Shown one piece after another: positions 8,826-19,588 of a stretch of 64,000 nucleotides of DNA (the first letter of the stretch is position 1; each line of letters begins with the position of its first letter). The stretch lies in NCBI GenBank assembly GCA_944372425.1, contig CALVZC010000005.1, forward strand, positions 332-64,331, in the 5' to 3' direction. The DNA is from an uncultured Bacilli bacterium (lineage in GTDB: Bacteria > Bacillota_I > Bacilli_A > RF39 > UBA660). The position numbers and the translations under genes were made by a program. The notes under the pieces were generated by a model. That model had not been told where the DNA came from. It was given only the letters and a program-made list of their open reading frames with translations, and did not search any database.

Positions 8826-11800
8826 ATGTATACAAGTGATAGAATGAGTTTTATAACTGAATATATGTCAGCCTATAAATCAAAAATAGAATTGTTAAAT
8901 GAAAAAGGATTGTTTGATTCGGCTAAAATGTTTGAATTATTTGCGTTGGAAATATGTAAATTGTATTTTAAACAAAATTTTTACAATTTAAACACAACAA
9001 AATCAAATTTTCCAATCTTTGATTTAATATCCGAAGATGAAAAAATATATGTTCAAGTTAGTACAGAAAAATATATACCTAATAAGATAAAGAAAACATT
9101 AGAAAAACTAAAAGATTCGAAAGAACCAAAACTTCAAAAACTAAATAATGCTTATTTTTTTATGTTGGATAATTCTAGTGTTAAAAAAGTTAAAGATTTA
9201 ACTGGCTCTAATCAAAGTGGAAATATACCATTCGTTAGAACAAAAAATTTAATTACTACCAAAGATATTATTAATAAAGCTGAAACTGATATACAATTTC
9301 AAGAGGATTTTTATAAATTGATAAAAAAAGAATTTGAAAATTTTAATAATAATGCAACAAAGCTTATTAGCGAAATAGAAAATTCTAAGAATGTTGGATT
9401 AAAAAATATAGAAACTTTAATTAATAATGAGTATGAAATCGATAGAAAAGACATTATATCTAAAATAAAATTAGAAAATAAAAAATTTGTTTCTATACAA
9501 GGTAGAGAAGGTAGCGGGAAGTCAGCGTTATGTAAAAAAATAGTAGAAAATGAAGAGATTATTTTATATGCGCGGGCAGAAAGATTTGTAGAATCAAAAC
9601 ATTTAGAAGAAATTTGGAATTTGGATGTTAATAAGATATTAGAACTTATGAATGGAAAAAAAATAGTTTTTTTTATAGATGCGCTTGAATTTATCGCTGA
9701 TTCGCCTAAAATACAATTTGATTTGTTTGAGACATTGTATAGCGTAGTAAAAAAATATGAAAATAGTTATATAGTTACATCTTGTAGAACAAGTGATAAA
9801 AATGCTTTTTTAAAATTGGAATCAAATTATTCAATACAAACTTACGATATAGATGATATAAATGAAGAAGAATTGAATAGAATAAAAAATAAGTATCCAA
9901 TAATTGAAACAATTTCAAAAAATAAAAGTTACTTAGAATTGTTAAAAACACCTTTTTATATAAATTTAATTATAAGTAAATCTATAGATGTTGAGGATAT
10001 TAATGATATCAATGAATTTCGTAAATATATATGGGAATACATAATTTGTTTAAAAGAAAAATGTAAAGATTATAAGGTTTCAGGTAATAAAGTAATCGAA
10101 CAAATAAATAAAATTGTATTTGATAGAGCTAAATATTTTTCACTTGGAACTAATACAGATGATATTGATAATGATATACTACAAATATTAACTACAGAAG
10201 GAATTATTGTAAATAATAAGTTTGGTGTTAGGTTAAAGTATGATATATATGAAGATATTTGTTTTGAAATGTATTTTGATAACCAATTTAAACAATGCAA
10301 AGGTGAATATTTAAATTTTTATCAAAATATAGAGAGTATGGGAAGATGTGTTTATAGAAGGTATCAAATATGGATTTCAAATAAATTATTTATAAAAGAA
10401 AGTAAAGATAAATTTTTATATAAATTGATTTTTTCTAATGAAGTATCTGATGAGTGGAAAAAACAAACTGAAATAGGAATAGTAAAATCAGAATATTGTC
10501 AAAACTTTTTTGAAGATTATGAAAGAGAAATATTAGAAAATAATTTATTGAAAGAATTTATTGAAGTAATAAATATGTTTTCGTTTGATTCTAAAGTAAT
10601 ATATATAAAAGGTAATTTTCCAATGTTACAATTGAAGCCAATTGGAAATGGAAGAGCTTGTTTAATCAAAATTATATATAATAATTTATTATATAAAGAA
10701 GAAAATATTGATTTTATAAAAATAGTTAAGTTATGTTCAGACTATACCTTACAAAATAATATTAAAAAAGAAGTAGCTAATTATACTTGTAACATATTAC
10801 AATATTTTGTTGATTTAAAAATAGATAATTATGGAGATAATTATTATAAAATTATTGATGATATAGATATGTGCCTTGTCGGAATATATACATTATCAAA
10901 ATATTCTAACGAGTGGATAAAAATTTTTTTTGAGAAACTTTCTAACTATTTATTAGGCAATAATAAAAAACAAAAAAGGGTTGCTAGGGACATTATTGCT
11001 TGGACATTGAAAAACTCGCATTTTAACATGCTAAAATATTGTTCAAAAGAATTTTGTATGTTGTTAAATAATTATTGGTTAAAAAATTGTAATGATAATA
11101 GCGAACATCATTATAGTTATAGATATGAAATCTCAAATGATTATAAATATGGATTAAGTCAACAACTGGATAATTATAATTATGAATTTAGAAAAGTTAC
11201 AGATAATTTGTTTTTAAATAATTTATATTATGCAAACTTTAATTATGGTTTTGAATGGACAATAGATTTTATAAATCAATGTGTAGAAAAATATTATCAA
11301 AATCATTCTGATGAAATGTTAAAAGTTCAAATGAAAGTTAAAGATAACGATATAAGAGAATATTTTGGTAACCCTAATATGTGGGTAGCTGGTATTGTAG
11401 AACATTCTGTCCCTACGTTAATTGGTGATATGGTATATTGTTTAAGAAATTTTATATTAAAACATTTAGAAGCATATAAAGATGATATAGAGTTATTTAA
11501 AGATTTTTCAGAATATATAAAAAATAATATATATTCAAAATCGAATAATATAATCTTATTAACTATAATTGAAAGTATTGGAATGACTTTTGAAAGCGAA
11601 TTACCCGGTTATGCAATAGATTTGGCAACAAGCATTGAAGTAGTAAATTGGGATACAAGTAGATATACTTTATATCTAGATAATCCGACACTAAATAGTT
11701 TGAAGCAACAAATGTTATTAGCAGTAGGATTGCCAAAATTTGAAGAGCGATATAAACTTTCAGAAAAATGTAATATGCATATACAATCTTATGTTACAAA

Positions 11801-13574
11801 TTCACAAATATATTTTGGGAACAAAATTAGACTTAGAGCGTATGATATTATTGATTATTTATATTCTAAATTTAATAATGATGAAGAAGATTCGATGAAC
11901 TATTTGCAGATTCAAAAAATGGATTTAAGAAATGCTAAGGTGACTAAAATAAATGATAATACATTTATGCTAGAAGCACAAATAACAGGCGAAGCAGAAA
12001 AAATAGTTGAAAAGCAAAAAGAAATACATGAACCTGAAAATGAATTGTATAAAGAAATTTTAGAATATAAGAATAATAATGGTAGTACTGATGAATTGGT
12101 TAAAATAGTTGATAAATTATTAAAAATGTGTTCAGATGAAAATATGAATATCACATATGAAAGTTTATTAATTGCAAGCATAGCTGCAGCACTAAATAAA
12201 GAAGACTTAACCTCAGAAAGGAGAAATGAATATTGTTTAGTTTGGGTAAGTGGTATAAATAAAATTTTTGAGAATGATACGTTTAATTCGGAAATATCTT
12301 TATTTTCAATATTACTAAATCAGTTATCAAAAAGTATTAGTGTTGATGTAAGTAATGAAATAAAAAATCTTATGTTAAAAATAATTTTAAATGAAGAACA
12401 TAATGGTATAATATATAAATATGCTGTTTCTTTAAAACAATATCTTTTTCAAAATAAAAAAATTGCAAAATTAATTTTTAATACTATTATTCAGTTAGCG
12501 TATGATGAAATGCAGCATCAAAAATATAATGCTAATTATATAGAAAGAACAAAAAGTGAAGATGATTTTGTATTTGTTCCAAACATGCAACCAAAACTAT
12601 ATGGTGTAGATAAATATATAGAAAACGCTGGACACGATAATTATATTAGTCAAAAAGATAATATAATTCAAAAATATTTGTATTGTGAAGAAGAATTAGA
12701 AATTAATTCATTTGAAATAAATAATTATGATATATCAACACTTTGTTATGTTTCTAATTGTGGTTTGGATTATGATGATGGGAATTTCATAAATATAATG
12801 GAAGGTATATTGAATTGCATTATTGAAATTAACAATAAAAGTGACCATACTCATAAAATAATTAATAGTTATAATCAAAGAGAAATTATTGAACATTTTG
12901 ATAGAGAAATAATTAAAAGTGATAACAATTGGAAAAAAAGTGTTAATTTATTATTTGATAAGATCAATTTTTCGGGATTTTCTCATGATAATGTTGAATT
13001 GTATGAAGATATTTTTGCGGGATTTTCTTGCGAATTTTATGATTCGTATGTTGAAAAAAATAGAAGAATACTTTGCAAGAAAAAAATCAAATATATTGAA
13101 GATAAAATTAATAACATTTCAGATTTAGCTATAAAAAAATCTTTATTTAAAATTTTATTTTTTTCAATTAATAGATATTATTATTGGGATATAGAAAAAT
13201 GTAAAACTTCATATGATTATAATGATAAAATGTTTCTTAATAATCAATTAGTGAAATATGGAAAGTATTATCCTAAAGAAGCGATTTATACATTGTATCA
13301 ATTAAATATTGATGAATTATTACCTGAAATTTTGATTTCTGTTGAGAGTATACTTTATGAAACAATGTTAGATAATAGTAAATTAATAAAAGAATTAAAA
13401 GGTGATAGTGAACAAATTATTAATATGATAATTGTTAAAGCATTTGTTTATCATAGTGATAAGATTAAAGAAGATAAAGAATTGCTTGAAGCATATGAAA
13501 AATTATTAAAAAGATTAATAGAATTAAATTATGCTAATGCATGTATAATATTAGATGAATTTAGAATACATTAA
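8826..13574 (+). CDS. SMEK-domain STAND NTPase, Avs4-like antiviral protein
   Basis: N-terminal SMEK-type motif (GLFD.AK.FE...NLN....NFP.FDL......YVQVS), Walker A GREGSGKS, Walker B FFIDALE, long helical C-terminus, about 1580 aa. ATG8826 is chosen over TTG8787 because of the RBS. Confidence 0.75.
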   Translation: MYTSDRMSFITEYMSAYKSKIELLNEKGLFDSAKMFELFALEICKLYFKQNFYNLNTTKSNFPIFDLISEDEKIYVQVSTEKYIPNKIKKTLEKLKDSKEPKLQKLNNAYFFMLDNSSVKKVKDLTGSNQSGNIPFVRTKNLITTKDIINKAETDIQFQEDFYKLIKKEFENFNNNATKLISEIENSKNVGLKNIETLINNEYEIDRKDIISKIKLENKKFVSIQGREGSGKSALCKKIVENEEIILYARAERFVESKHLEEIWNLDVNKILELMNGKKIVFFIDALEFIADSPKIQFDLFETLYSVVKKYENSYIVTSCRTSDKNAFLKLESNYSIQTYDIDDINEEELNRIKNKYPIIETISKNKSYLELLKTPFYINLIISKSIDVEDINDINEFRKYIWEYIICLKEKCKDYKVSGNKVIEQINKIVFDRAKYFSLGTNTDDIDNDILQILTTEGIIVNNKFGVRLKYDIYEDICFEMYFDNQFKQCKGEYLNFYQNIESMGRCVYRRYQIWISNKLFIKESKDKFLYKLIFSNEVSDEWKKQTEIGIVKSEYCQNFFEDYEREILENNLLKEFIEVINMFSFDSKVIYIKGNFPMLQLKPIGNGRACLIKIIYNNLLYKEENIDFIKIVKLCSDYTLQNNIKKEVANYTCNILQYFVDLKIDNYGDNYYKIIDDIDMCLVGIYTLSKYSNEWIKIFFEKLSNYLLGNNKKQKRVARDIIAWTLKNSHFNMLKYCSKEFCMLLNNYWLKNCNDNSEHHYSYRYEISNDYKYGLSQQLDNYNYEFRKVTDNLFLNNLYYANFNYGFEWTIDFINQCVEKYYQNHSDEMLKVQMKVKDNDIREYFGNPNMWVAGIVEHSVPTLIGDMVYCLRNFILKHLEAYKDDIELFKDFSEYIKNNIYSKSNNIILLTIIESIGMTFESELPGYAIDLATSIEVVNWDTSRYTLYLDNPTLNSLKQQMLLAVGLPKFEERYKLSEKCNMHIQSYVTNSQIYFGNKIRLRAYDIIDYLYSKFNNDEEDSMNYLQIQKMDLRNAKVTKINDNTFMLEAQITGEAEKIVEKQKEIHEPENELYKEILEYKNNNGSTDELVKIVDKLLKMCSDENMNITYESLLIASIAAALNKEDLTSERRNEYCLVWVSGINKIFENDTFNSEISLFSILLNQLSKSISVDVSNEIKNLMLKIILNEEHNGIIYKYAVSLKQYLFQNKKIAKLIFNTIIQLAYDEMQHQKYNANYIERTKSEDDFVFVPNMQPKLYGVDKYIENAGHDNYISQKDNIIQKYLYCEEELEINSFEINNYDISTLCYVSNCGLDYDDGNFINIMEGILNCIIEINNKSDHTHKIINSYNQREIIEHFDREIIKSDNNWKKSVNLLFDKINFSGFSHDNVELYEDIFAGFSCEFYDSYVEKNRRILCKKKIKYIEDKINNISDLAIKKSLFKILFFSINRYYYWDIEKCKTSYDYNDKMFLNNQLVKYGKYYPKEAIYTLYQLNIDELLPEILISVESILYETMLDNSKLIKELKGDSEQIINMIIVKAFVYHSDKIKEDKELLEAYEKLLKRLIELNYANACIILDEFRIH

Positions 13575-13589
13575 GTATATAAAAAAATA

Positions 13590-13617
13590 GACCTAGTCCG
13601 ATTAAAGGACTAGGTCA
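13590..13617. terminator. bidirectional hairpin between convergent genes
   Basis: GACCTAGTCC-N-GGACTAGGTC preceded by an A-run. Confidence 0.65.
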
Positions 13618-14862
13618 TCTTTGTCTTTAGGTTTAACTATTTCATATTCTTTATAATCATATGATTCTTCTTCTAGTTCAGGTAATGTTGTTTTATGATC
13701 TAATAAGATAGTTGGTTTAGTTTCGATAACATTATTATTTAATCTGCTATTTTGTAATTCAATAATATTAACAATAGTATCAAGTCTATTTTGATACATA
13801 TGAGAATATGTATTTAAAGTCTCATCTATTTTAGTATGCCCAAGATACTTTGCAACTAAAGTTATATTAGCGCCACTATCTATTAATAAAGAAGCACAAC
13901 TATGTCTAAAGTCATGGATTCTTATATCTTTAACTCTTGCCATAAAAGCATTCTTTGTTTTCCTATCTAGCAGAGTAGTAGCGGAAAGTGGATCAATATT
14001 ACCAAATACATACCAAGATTCTCTAAAACCATAATAATTAGCATCATCATTATATAAGTCAGATAAATCTTTTAATAAGAAATTTGGAATAGGTATAGTT
14101 CTATAACTTGAACTTGTTTTAGGACTAGTAACAGTATAAGGTTTACCTATTTTAGGATCAGGTACTTTAACAATATTCTTATTAACAGTTAAAGTACTTC
14201 TATTAAAATCAATATCATTCCATGTTAATCCTCTTAATTCACCATTTCTTAGTCCGCAATAAAATAAAGTTTGAAATGCACATCTAAATTTTAAATTAGT
14301 TTCTATAGATAAGAATCTTTGAAACTCATCTAATGTATAGAATAGCATTTCTTTTTTTCTTTCATTTTGATTAGTAAAGTTAGTCATTTTGTTATAAACT
14401 TTAACAAAGTTAATATCATACCATTTAGTACCAAAATTCATTAATGCTTTTAAGTATTTATATACACCATTTTTATATCTAGTAGAAATGGATTTACTAT
14501 TCATAAATTGTCTCCACATTTCAAAATGTCTAATATTAAAGGATTCTAATTTAATATTTTCTAATGGTTCTAAATATACCATCATATTTCTATAATTTGA
14601 TAGAGTAGTTACTTTAACTTTATCTTGTTGATATTGATAATGTTCTTGTATTAAATCTTTAAATGTTAAATCAGTAAATTATGTTTGATTTTTAACTTTT
14701 ACTTTAAATTCAGCTTCATGATCTTTTGCTTCTCTACGAGTAGCAAATTTTTTTGAATGGTATCTATGTCTTTTCCCAATAAATCTCTATAGGTTAAATC
14801 AACATACCAACTTCTACCCTCTTTTGTACATTCATAATTTTTAGCTTGTCTTATTGATATAA
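13602..14862 (-). pseudogene. tyrosine recombinase/integrase with disrupted N-terminus
   Basis: Catalytic GLRNGE, IHDFRH, LGH and TYSH are intact in 13602-14585. The upstream arm-binding region (SWY...SKKFATRREA) has a frameshift near 14775, an in-frame TAA near 14680, and ATA at the expected start. Confidence 0.88.
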
Positions 14863-14876
14863 ATATCACATCCTTT

Positions 14877-16179
14877 CTATAATTCAAATAACTTATGAAA
14901 TTCATCAGCAGCTTCTTCTGCTTCTTTATTAAGTTTTTTAGTAGCTTTAATTGAATCAGCTAAACTAATATAATCACTTACATATTTCATAGGTTTTCTA
15001 TTTAACTTAATATCTAAAGCATCTGATACTTTGTTAAATGCATTTTTCCAATATTTAATTTCATCATCTTTAGTTCTTAATTCTATATTTTGCTTATAAA
15101 TATACTGTTTGGTATTAATTAATTCTTTATTATTTTTATAAAAATTATTTTCTATTGATAAACTATTAATAGTCTTTTCATTAGAATCTAATTTATTTTT
15201 ATTTATATTGTTTAATCTTTCTAAATCAGTAGAGTAGTCAATTAACTTTTCAACATCTTTAGAATTATACCCAATAATATTTTTCTTAACATTTAAATTA
15301 TTATTTTTAATATTGTTTTCTAAAACTTTTTTGGATTTATATAATTTAATATTACAATTCTCAATATCTTTATATAAATTATTTATTTCAGATTTTAATT
15401 CATTTATCTTATATTCTAATTTAGTCTGATGAACTTTATTAGAACCAATATTACCTCTATCTAATTTAAAACCGCAATCGGTTATATATTTATTAAATTT
15501 GTCTTGAATATTAGCAAAAGAATTTCTACCACCTAAATCTTTCCAAAATTGATCATTATTTAAAAAGTTACCTTTAACAGATTCGTAAATAATTTTATTA
15601 TCTTTATCTCTAAGTAATATTGTTTTACCATTAATCTCTTTTATAACATTTTCTTTTAACTTCATTAACAATAGGTAAGAAATAAGCTTGTAGGTGAGGA
15701 GTATCTTCATCATAATGAACTTGAGCCATTACTATATTTTCTTTACCAACTAAATCTTCTAAAAACTTCATACAATAATCAAAATATTTAGTTACATCTT
15801 TAGGAATATCATCTTTAGATTTAATATTAGGTACTAACATATTTTGACCTTTCTTATCACCTGATTGATAAACCCTATCAGTTTCTTTAAATGGTAAACC
15901 CAGAGTCATAAAAAACTCTGGGCCACTTGTAAATGTTACACCATTTAAGATATTTGTTTTAGTTTTATGAGAATACTCAATATTTCTATCTTTTAAAATT
16001 GATTTAACTTCTTGATGTAAATTACTCTTATCAATATCTTTATAATGTACATTAAATTTAGTTCTTTCTAAATCATAATTACCTGTACCAATTCTTTTAT
16101 TCATTTCATTGCCTATAAGATATAAATCTTTAGTTTTATAATTATTAACAAATCTTAATACTTGTTTTCCATCATACAT
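14877..16179 (-). pseudogene. MobV/Pre plasmid recombination enzyme (relaxase), frameshifted
   Basis: VHYDEDTPHLQ motif. Frameshift near 15632 joins the 182-aa and 278-aa ORFs. The second part has QDKF...GF.L.RG and a coiled coil. Confidence 0.85.
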
Positions 16180-16210
16180 ATATCAACCTCCTTATATGAA
16201 AAAAACAACC

Positions 16211-17062
16211 TTAGTGGTTGTTAGCTTGATTTTCTACTATTTGAGTATCTTTTACTGTAGAATTAGTATTTATTATTTCATATTTTCCTTTTCTGTCTTT
16301 TGAAATCCATATTTTATATAACATTTCAGTTTTTACGTTTGCAAAATTATATATATTAAATTGAAATATAAAACATAAATTTATTTTGTTTTTCATCATA
16401 TAATCGAAACATTTATTTGGTTCACAATAGACTTTAAAGTGAACGTAAAATTCGTTGCTTGAAATCCAATTTAAGTATACTTCTTTTATAAGTTCTATAT
16501 CTAATCCTAGTGGAATAGGATTATTGGAACCATCTTCCCAAAATAGCCCTTTTTCATTTGGATCTTGTACACACATAAAGTCTTCTAACTCTATTTTTTT
16601 TATATGGTTTTTTTCAGATGAATTAGAAAAATATAATTTAATTAAATATTCATTTAATTTATCTATATTGTTATTATATCGTTCAATTAATATATTAGCA
16701 CCATAATCTAGTTTATGATGACTGGACCATGTTATTTTTGCATTATTATTATGCTTAACAGAAGCCTCAAATTTATTTTGCAATTGTATAAAGTCTGTAG
16801 ATTCTAATAAATCTTTATTTAGTAATTGTTTGCTAATGTCATTTGATTTTTTTGTTTGCCATATTGAAATTGCTCCTAATGTTATAGTTCCTATAAAAGA
16901 TAATAAACCGCCGTAAAAACTTAATGCATCTCCTGCAGACCATTCGCTTTGTAACCACCATATATTGAAATCAAATTTAAATAAGATATTAATAATAATT
17001 GGTATCATAATTATTATTAAAGAAATAATAACAATGGCAAACAATTTAAATAATTTTTTCAT
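16211..17062 (-). CDS. hypothetical protein with two N-terminal TM helices
   Basis: Hydrophobic segments, LSFYGGLLSFIGTI motif, GAGGTG RBS. Confidence 0.75.
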   Translation of the reverse strand: MKKLFKLFAIVIISLIIIMIPIIINILFKFDFNIWWLQSEWSAGDALSFYGGLLSFIGTITLGAISIWQTKKSNDISKQLLNKDLLESTDFIQLQNKFEASVKHNNNAKITWSSHHKLDYGANILIERYNNNIDKLNEYLIKLYFSNSSEKNHIKKIELEDFMCVQDPNEKGLFWEDGSNNPIPLGLDIELIKEVYLNWISSNEFYVHFKVYCEPNKCFDYMMKNKINLCFIFQFNIYNFANVKTEMLYKIWISKDRKGKYEIINTNSTVKDTQIVENQANNH

Positions 17063-17165
17063 GGCATTTCACCTCAACATCTATTATACCACTATAATTA
17101 GTCATTTTATGACTTATCTTACTAGGGCATAGCCCAAAATGTGAGTTAGGATAAATCCTAAGACC

Positions 17166-17381
17166 TTATTCTTCAAAACTAAGTGGTTCAATAAACTTAG
17201 CTTTATAATTTCTAGATGTAGCAGTTCTATTTAATTCAATGTATATGCCTTCTTGTTCTAACCTTTTAATATTACTATTTAATAATCTACCGAAGCGAGA
17301 AGGGGTAATTAATAAGCTTAACTCAGCTACTATTTCAGCCGGTGTAAATATAACTTCTTTTTTCTTAATTACATATCTCAT
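17166..17381 (-). CDS. small winged-helix-like ORF, possibly the separated C-terminus of the RepA-like helicase
   Basis: Overlaps the end of 17378-18109. TPAEI...PSRFGRLL resembles C-termini of element helicases. Confidence 0.45.
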   Translation of the reverse strand: MRYVIKKKEVIFTPAEIVAELSLLITPSRFGRLLNSNIKRLEQEGIYIELNRTATSRNYKAKFIEPLSFEE

Positions 17382-18109
17382 AATGCAGATATATTAAAAT
17401 CTAATTCTGTATTATCTTCGTTCATTATTTCAAATATTAATTTGTCATTCTTTATTAAATTAAGATTTTGTTCTTCAAAATCTCTATTAATTATTTTTAA
17501 TGTGTAAGTATTATCTTTGTTATTAATTAGAGTTAATATGCCATTCATATTTCCGTCTATACCTGTACTACCTAAGGTTTTGCCTTCTTTATTTAAATAA
17601 TGTACTAATAGAAATGTTAAATTATACTTTTTAGATAGTTCTCTATATTTATCAAACATCTTTTTCATAACATCACTATAATTATTAATATCTAATTCAT
17701 AACCGTAATCAATACCACACATAATATCAACTATTACAAATTTACCGTTATATATTTCAGAGAATTCTTTTAAATCTAATTTTAAATCATCAGTTAAACA
17801 TAATTTATGTTCAGAATCTTTCTCAAGGAAGAAAAACGAGTTAGGAGAAAACTCACAACCCGTTATATTTAATCTTTCCTTAAGTTGTAAACTCGAGAGT
17901 TCTGTGCTAATATATAAAATAGGAGTGGGATTTACTTTAAATCCTAAGAACTCTTTATTGTTAGTTAGAGAATTGGCAATCTGTAGTGCTAAAAACGATT
18001 TGCCAACTTTGGGTTCTGCTACTAAACAATATAATCCATTAGACTTCATTATTCCATCAATAATGTTGTCTTTTTTTATGTCTGTATTTATTTGTTCTAT
18101 AGGTATCAT
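17378..18109 (-). CDS. AAA_25 / RepA-like helicase of the mobile element
   Basis: AEPKVGKS Walker A, ILYISTE, VIVD Walker B, LVHY, LGSTG. Confidence 0.8.
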   Translation of the reverse strand: MIPIEQINTDIKKDNIIDGIMKSNGLYCLVAEPKVGKSFLALQIANSLTNNKEFLGFKVNPTPILYISTELSSLQLKERLNITGCEFSPNSFFFLEKDSEHKLCLTDDLKLDLKEFSEIYNGKFVIVDIMCGIDYGYELDINNYSDVMKKMFDKYRELSKKYNLTFLLVHYLNKEGKTLGSTGIDGNMNGILTLINNKDNTYTLKIINRDFEEQNLNLIKNDKLIFEIMNEDNTELDFNISAL

Positions 18110-18345
18110 TTAACTTCCATCCTTACCATATTTTGTAAATAATTAATATTAATGTTTAACTTATTAACAACCTCACACATAGGTATTAATCCACAGGGTA
18201 ATTTATAACCTTTATCTTCTAAATCTGTAATAATTTCTTTTCTAATTTTTAGTGCTGAATTTCTACCAAGATTAGTAAGTTTCATTAAATCTTGTAGAGT
18301 GCACCATTGTTTTGATAATAATTCTAATGTTTCGTTTGCGAACAT
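18106..18345 (-). CDS. small HTH / excisionase-like protein
   Basis: W.TLQDLMKLTNLGRNSA HTH-like pattern, GGAGG RBS, located in the element core. Confidence 0.6.
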   Translation of the reverse strand: MFANETLELLSKQWCTLQDLMKLTNLGRNSALKIRKEIITDLEDKGYKLPCGLIPMCEVVNKLNININYLQNMVRMEVK

Positions 18346-18370
18346 ATATCAACCTCCTATCTATTTTTCA

Positions 18371-18577
18371 TTATTTTTTATTCATTTTATACAATGAATT
18401 AATTAATTCTTCTCTTGTATTTTCTTCAATATCTTCATTTAGATGATATTCTTTTTTTATATCATCACGATCTTTATTCTCAATAACTTTTAATCCACAT
18501 AGATGATTATGAACTAATTCAACTATATCGTCTGTATCCATAGTAATTAACATTTTATCTAATACTTCTTTATTCAT
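18371..18577 (-). CDS. small hypothetical protein (start MNKEV)
   Basis: Strong AAAGGAGG RBS before the ATG at 18577. Confidence 0.6.
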   Translation of the reverse strand: MNKEVLDKMLITMDTDDIVELVHNHLCGLKVIENKDRDDIKKEYHLNEDIEENTREELINSLYKMNKK

Positions 18578-18760
18578 AAATTTCCTCCTTTCTTTCTGAA
18601 ATAGGGTAGAGTATCCCATAAACTTAGAATTTTAGTTATCCCATAACTCCCGTACCAATAGGGTATTTGCTAGGCACCACTTGTATTTATTTAACGAGCC
18701 AGCAGAATAGGACGCTTACAATATCTGACTCTATTAAGTTGTCAAAGAATAAAATGCAAG

Positions 18761-18931
18761 TTCCAAATTGGCTCATCTTGAGTTAAAATAAAAGTTCCAT
18801 TTTGGAAATTGCAATAAAAAATATACCGTTATAGTTCCATAGTGTCAAGTGTTTAATTTAAAAAACTTAAAAATATTTTTTTCGACAAATTTATGCACAA
18901 ATGTTCCAAAATGGAAATTTTGTGTTATAAT
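18761..18931. promoter_or_regulatory. divergent promoter region with repeated operator TTCCA-N3-TGGAA
   Basis: TTCCATTTTGGAA at 18795-18807, TTCCAAAATGGAA at 18904-18916, partial copy at 18761-18771. TGTTATAAT at 18923-18931. Confidence 0.7.
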
Positions 18932-18962
18932 GGATTTATAGAGGAAAATAGGAGGTAATTCT

Positions 18963-19508
18963 ATGGAGAAAAGAAAACCAATGGATGTTACTATAGGTTC
19001 AAATATGTCTAAGTTAAGAAAGCAATTTAATTTAACTCAAAGAGAAATTTGTACAGTTGTTGGAGTTAATGCTTCAACATATAAACACTATGAATTAGGG
19101 GATAGAATGGTACCTATTAGTGTATTACAAGATTTAGCAAAGTTTTATAAAGTATCAACAAATTACTTTTTTGAAAATATGCCTGAGTTATCAGATAAAG
19201 AACAATTAGAATTATCTAACTATTCATTTAAGGTGGCTAATAATACACAAAAGTATATAGCTATAGATTTAAAAAATACTACTAAAGGATTAGATGAAAT
19301 AGAAGAAAAAACTCAAGCAAGAGCTAGGCTTAGAATTAAAAATATGAGATTAGAAAATAATAAATCTCAAAAAGATTTAGCAAAGTATTTAGAAATAGAT
19401 CTATCTACTTATAACAAATATGAAAAGGGTAGTAGAAAACTAAGTAATGAAGTAGTTAAGAAATTAGCTGAATATTACAATGTATCAGTAAGCGATATAG
19501 TTGATTAA
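18963..19508 (+). CDS. XRE-family repressor with two HTH domains
   Basis: LRKQFNLTQRE...YELGDR and RLENNKSQKDLA...YEKGSR. Confidence 0.9.
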   Translation: MEKRKPMDVTIGSNMSKLRKQFNLTQREICTVVGVNASTYKHYELGDRMVPISVLQDLAKFYKVSTNYFFENMPELSDKEQLELSNYSFKVANNTQKYIAIDLKNTTKGLDEIEEKTQARARLRIKNMRLENNKSQKDLAKYLEIDLSTYNKYEKGSRKLSNEVVKKLAEYYNVSVSDIVD

Positions 19509-19588
19509 TAAATGACATAATGACACTAGAAATGGGTATAGGATATATCCTAAGTTAATGTCATAGCGTCATATAAAGAGGTGTAATA

